The position numbers and the translations under genes were made by a program. The notes under the pieces were generated by a model. That model was not told the DNA's origin, searched no databases, and worked only from the letters and a program-made list of their open reading frames with translations. 64,000 nt of DNA, taken from positions 7,158-71,157 of the forward strand of contig JBAUDS010000444.1 of NCBI GenBank assembly GCA_049678185.1. Reading direction: 5' to 3'. Each line of letters begins with the position of its first letter. The stretch's first letter is position 1. Below are positions 63,571 through 64,000 of this stretch, in pieces. This DNA comes from Thermoanaerobaculia bacterium (GTDB lineage Bacteria; Acidobacteriota; Thermoanaerobaculia; Multivoradales; JAHEKO01).

Positions 63571-64000
63571 ATGATGGAAGACCATGGAGGCGTTATCGCG
63601 CACGACATCCGGCCGTTGGTGCGCCGCATGGGGAAGCTGCCCGCGGAGTGGCAGCGTCGGGATCTGATCGATCTCTGTCTCAAGCAGCCCATCCGGGTGA
63701 TCAATTTCCGCTATCCCTCCATCGACGGCAAGCTGCGGGAGCTGCGGCTGCCGGTCAACGATCCGGCCTACCTCGAGCGGATCCTGGCGGCCGGTGAGAG
63801 GGTCGACGGCTCGAGCCTGTTTCCGGGGCTGTTCGATACCGGCAAGAGCGACATCTACGCCGTACCCGTCTACCGTTGGGCGTATCTGAACCCGTGGGCG
63901 GATGACGAGCTGGACATCGTCTGTCGATTCGCCGATGCCGAGGGGCAGCCCTGTTCCGAAACACCCGACAATCTGCTGGCAGCCGTGGCCCAGCGCCTGC
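63571..64000 (+). CDS. glutamine synthetase family protein (5' partial, runs off the window)
   Basis: The gene is preceded by a GGAGGTG RBS. The N-terminal beta-grasp region (VRVINFRYPSIDGKLRELRLPV) resembles GS catalytic-family N-termini. Confidence 0.55.
   Translation, partial: MMEDHGGVIAHDIRPLVRRMGKLPAEWQRRDLIDLCLKQPIRVINFRYPSIDGKLRELRLPVNDPAYLERILAAGERVDGSSLFPGLFDTGKSDIYAVPVYRWAYLNPWADDELDIVCRFADAEGQPCSETPDNLLAAVAQRL

Noticed and set aside
1-64000. tRNA, rRNA or other structured RNA genes in intergenic regions (11779..11986, 18648..18783, 24386..24647, 52809..53113, 57733..57941).
   Set aside because: No cloverleaf-compatible or rRNA-like sequence was recognised by eye. A 9-bp GC hairpin at about 57760..57790 looks like a terminator or UTR structure rather than an RNA gene. 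Absence cannot be proven without tRNAscan or Infernal.

Overview
This is a high-GC (roughly 65-70%) bacterial chromosomal window with about 60 protein-coding genes and no rRNA, tRNA or CRISPR. The content looks like Acidobacteria, Gemmatimonadota or a similar soil/sediment lineage, but that taxonomic guess is inference only.

The core content, in order:
- M23 peptidase and bacterioferritin.
- Two paralogous Hanks-type Ser/Thr kinases with a C-terminal TolB-N-like module and TPR repeats, plus a GAF-PP2C (SpoIIE-type) phosphatase.
- An RND efflux pump with its adaptor gene downstream.
- An ABC exporter with two ABC-2 permeases.
- A co-directional, translationally coupled type-II-PKS-like cluster (about 22.1-37.3 kb) that looks like an aryl-polyene / xanthomonadin-type pathway. 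It encodes a flavin-dependent halogenase, a SAM methyltransferase, a polysaccharide deacetylase, an AMP-ligase, an ACP, a KS, a KS-beta/CLF in which Gln replaces the active-site Cys, a GT2, a FabG-type ketoreductase, an MMPL exporter, an LpxL-type acyltransferase, a hotdog dehydratase and a putative FkbO/XanB2-like chorismatase.
- An ECF sigma / anti-sigma pair followed by two exported HEAT-repeat proteins.
- A periplasmic pair consisting of a Sec-exported RidA and a TAT-exported class V PLP enzyme.
- PPK2, a CBS-like cysteine synthase, a DUF885 metallopeptidase, a FadL/TodX outer membrane transporter, an OPT transporter, a GH9 endoglucanase, an M29 aminopeptidase and a partial glutamine-synthetase-family gene at the right edge.

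The most unusual signals are two small low-GC islets. One carries a 509-aa Fic gene with an AT-rich leader. The other carries two unknown genes. Each is inserted exactly at the 3' end of a resident gene, and each is bounded on the far side by a diverged partial duplicate of that gene's last 60-90 nt, which preserves an alternative C-terminus and stop codon. Neither islet has an integrase or transposase. The shared architecture suggests an undescribed or trans-acting site-specific integration route.

A REP-like GC hairpin, GAAGCGGCCGGCCWCCGTGCCGGCCG, recurs five times, always on the same strand and always immediately 3' of a gene.

Coordinates taken from the ORF track by in-frame index arithmetic are exact. 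Coordinates read directly from the sequence text, such as repeats, carry an uncertainty of about 2 nt.
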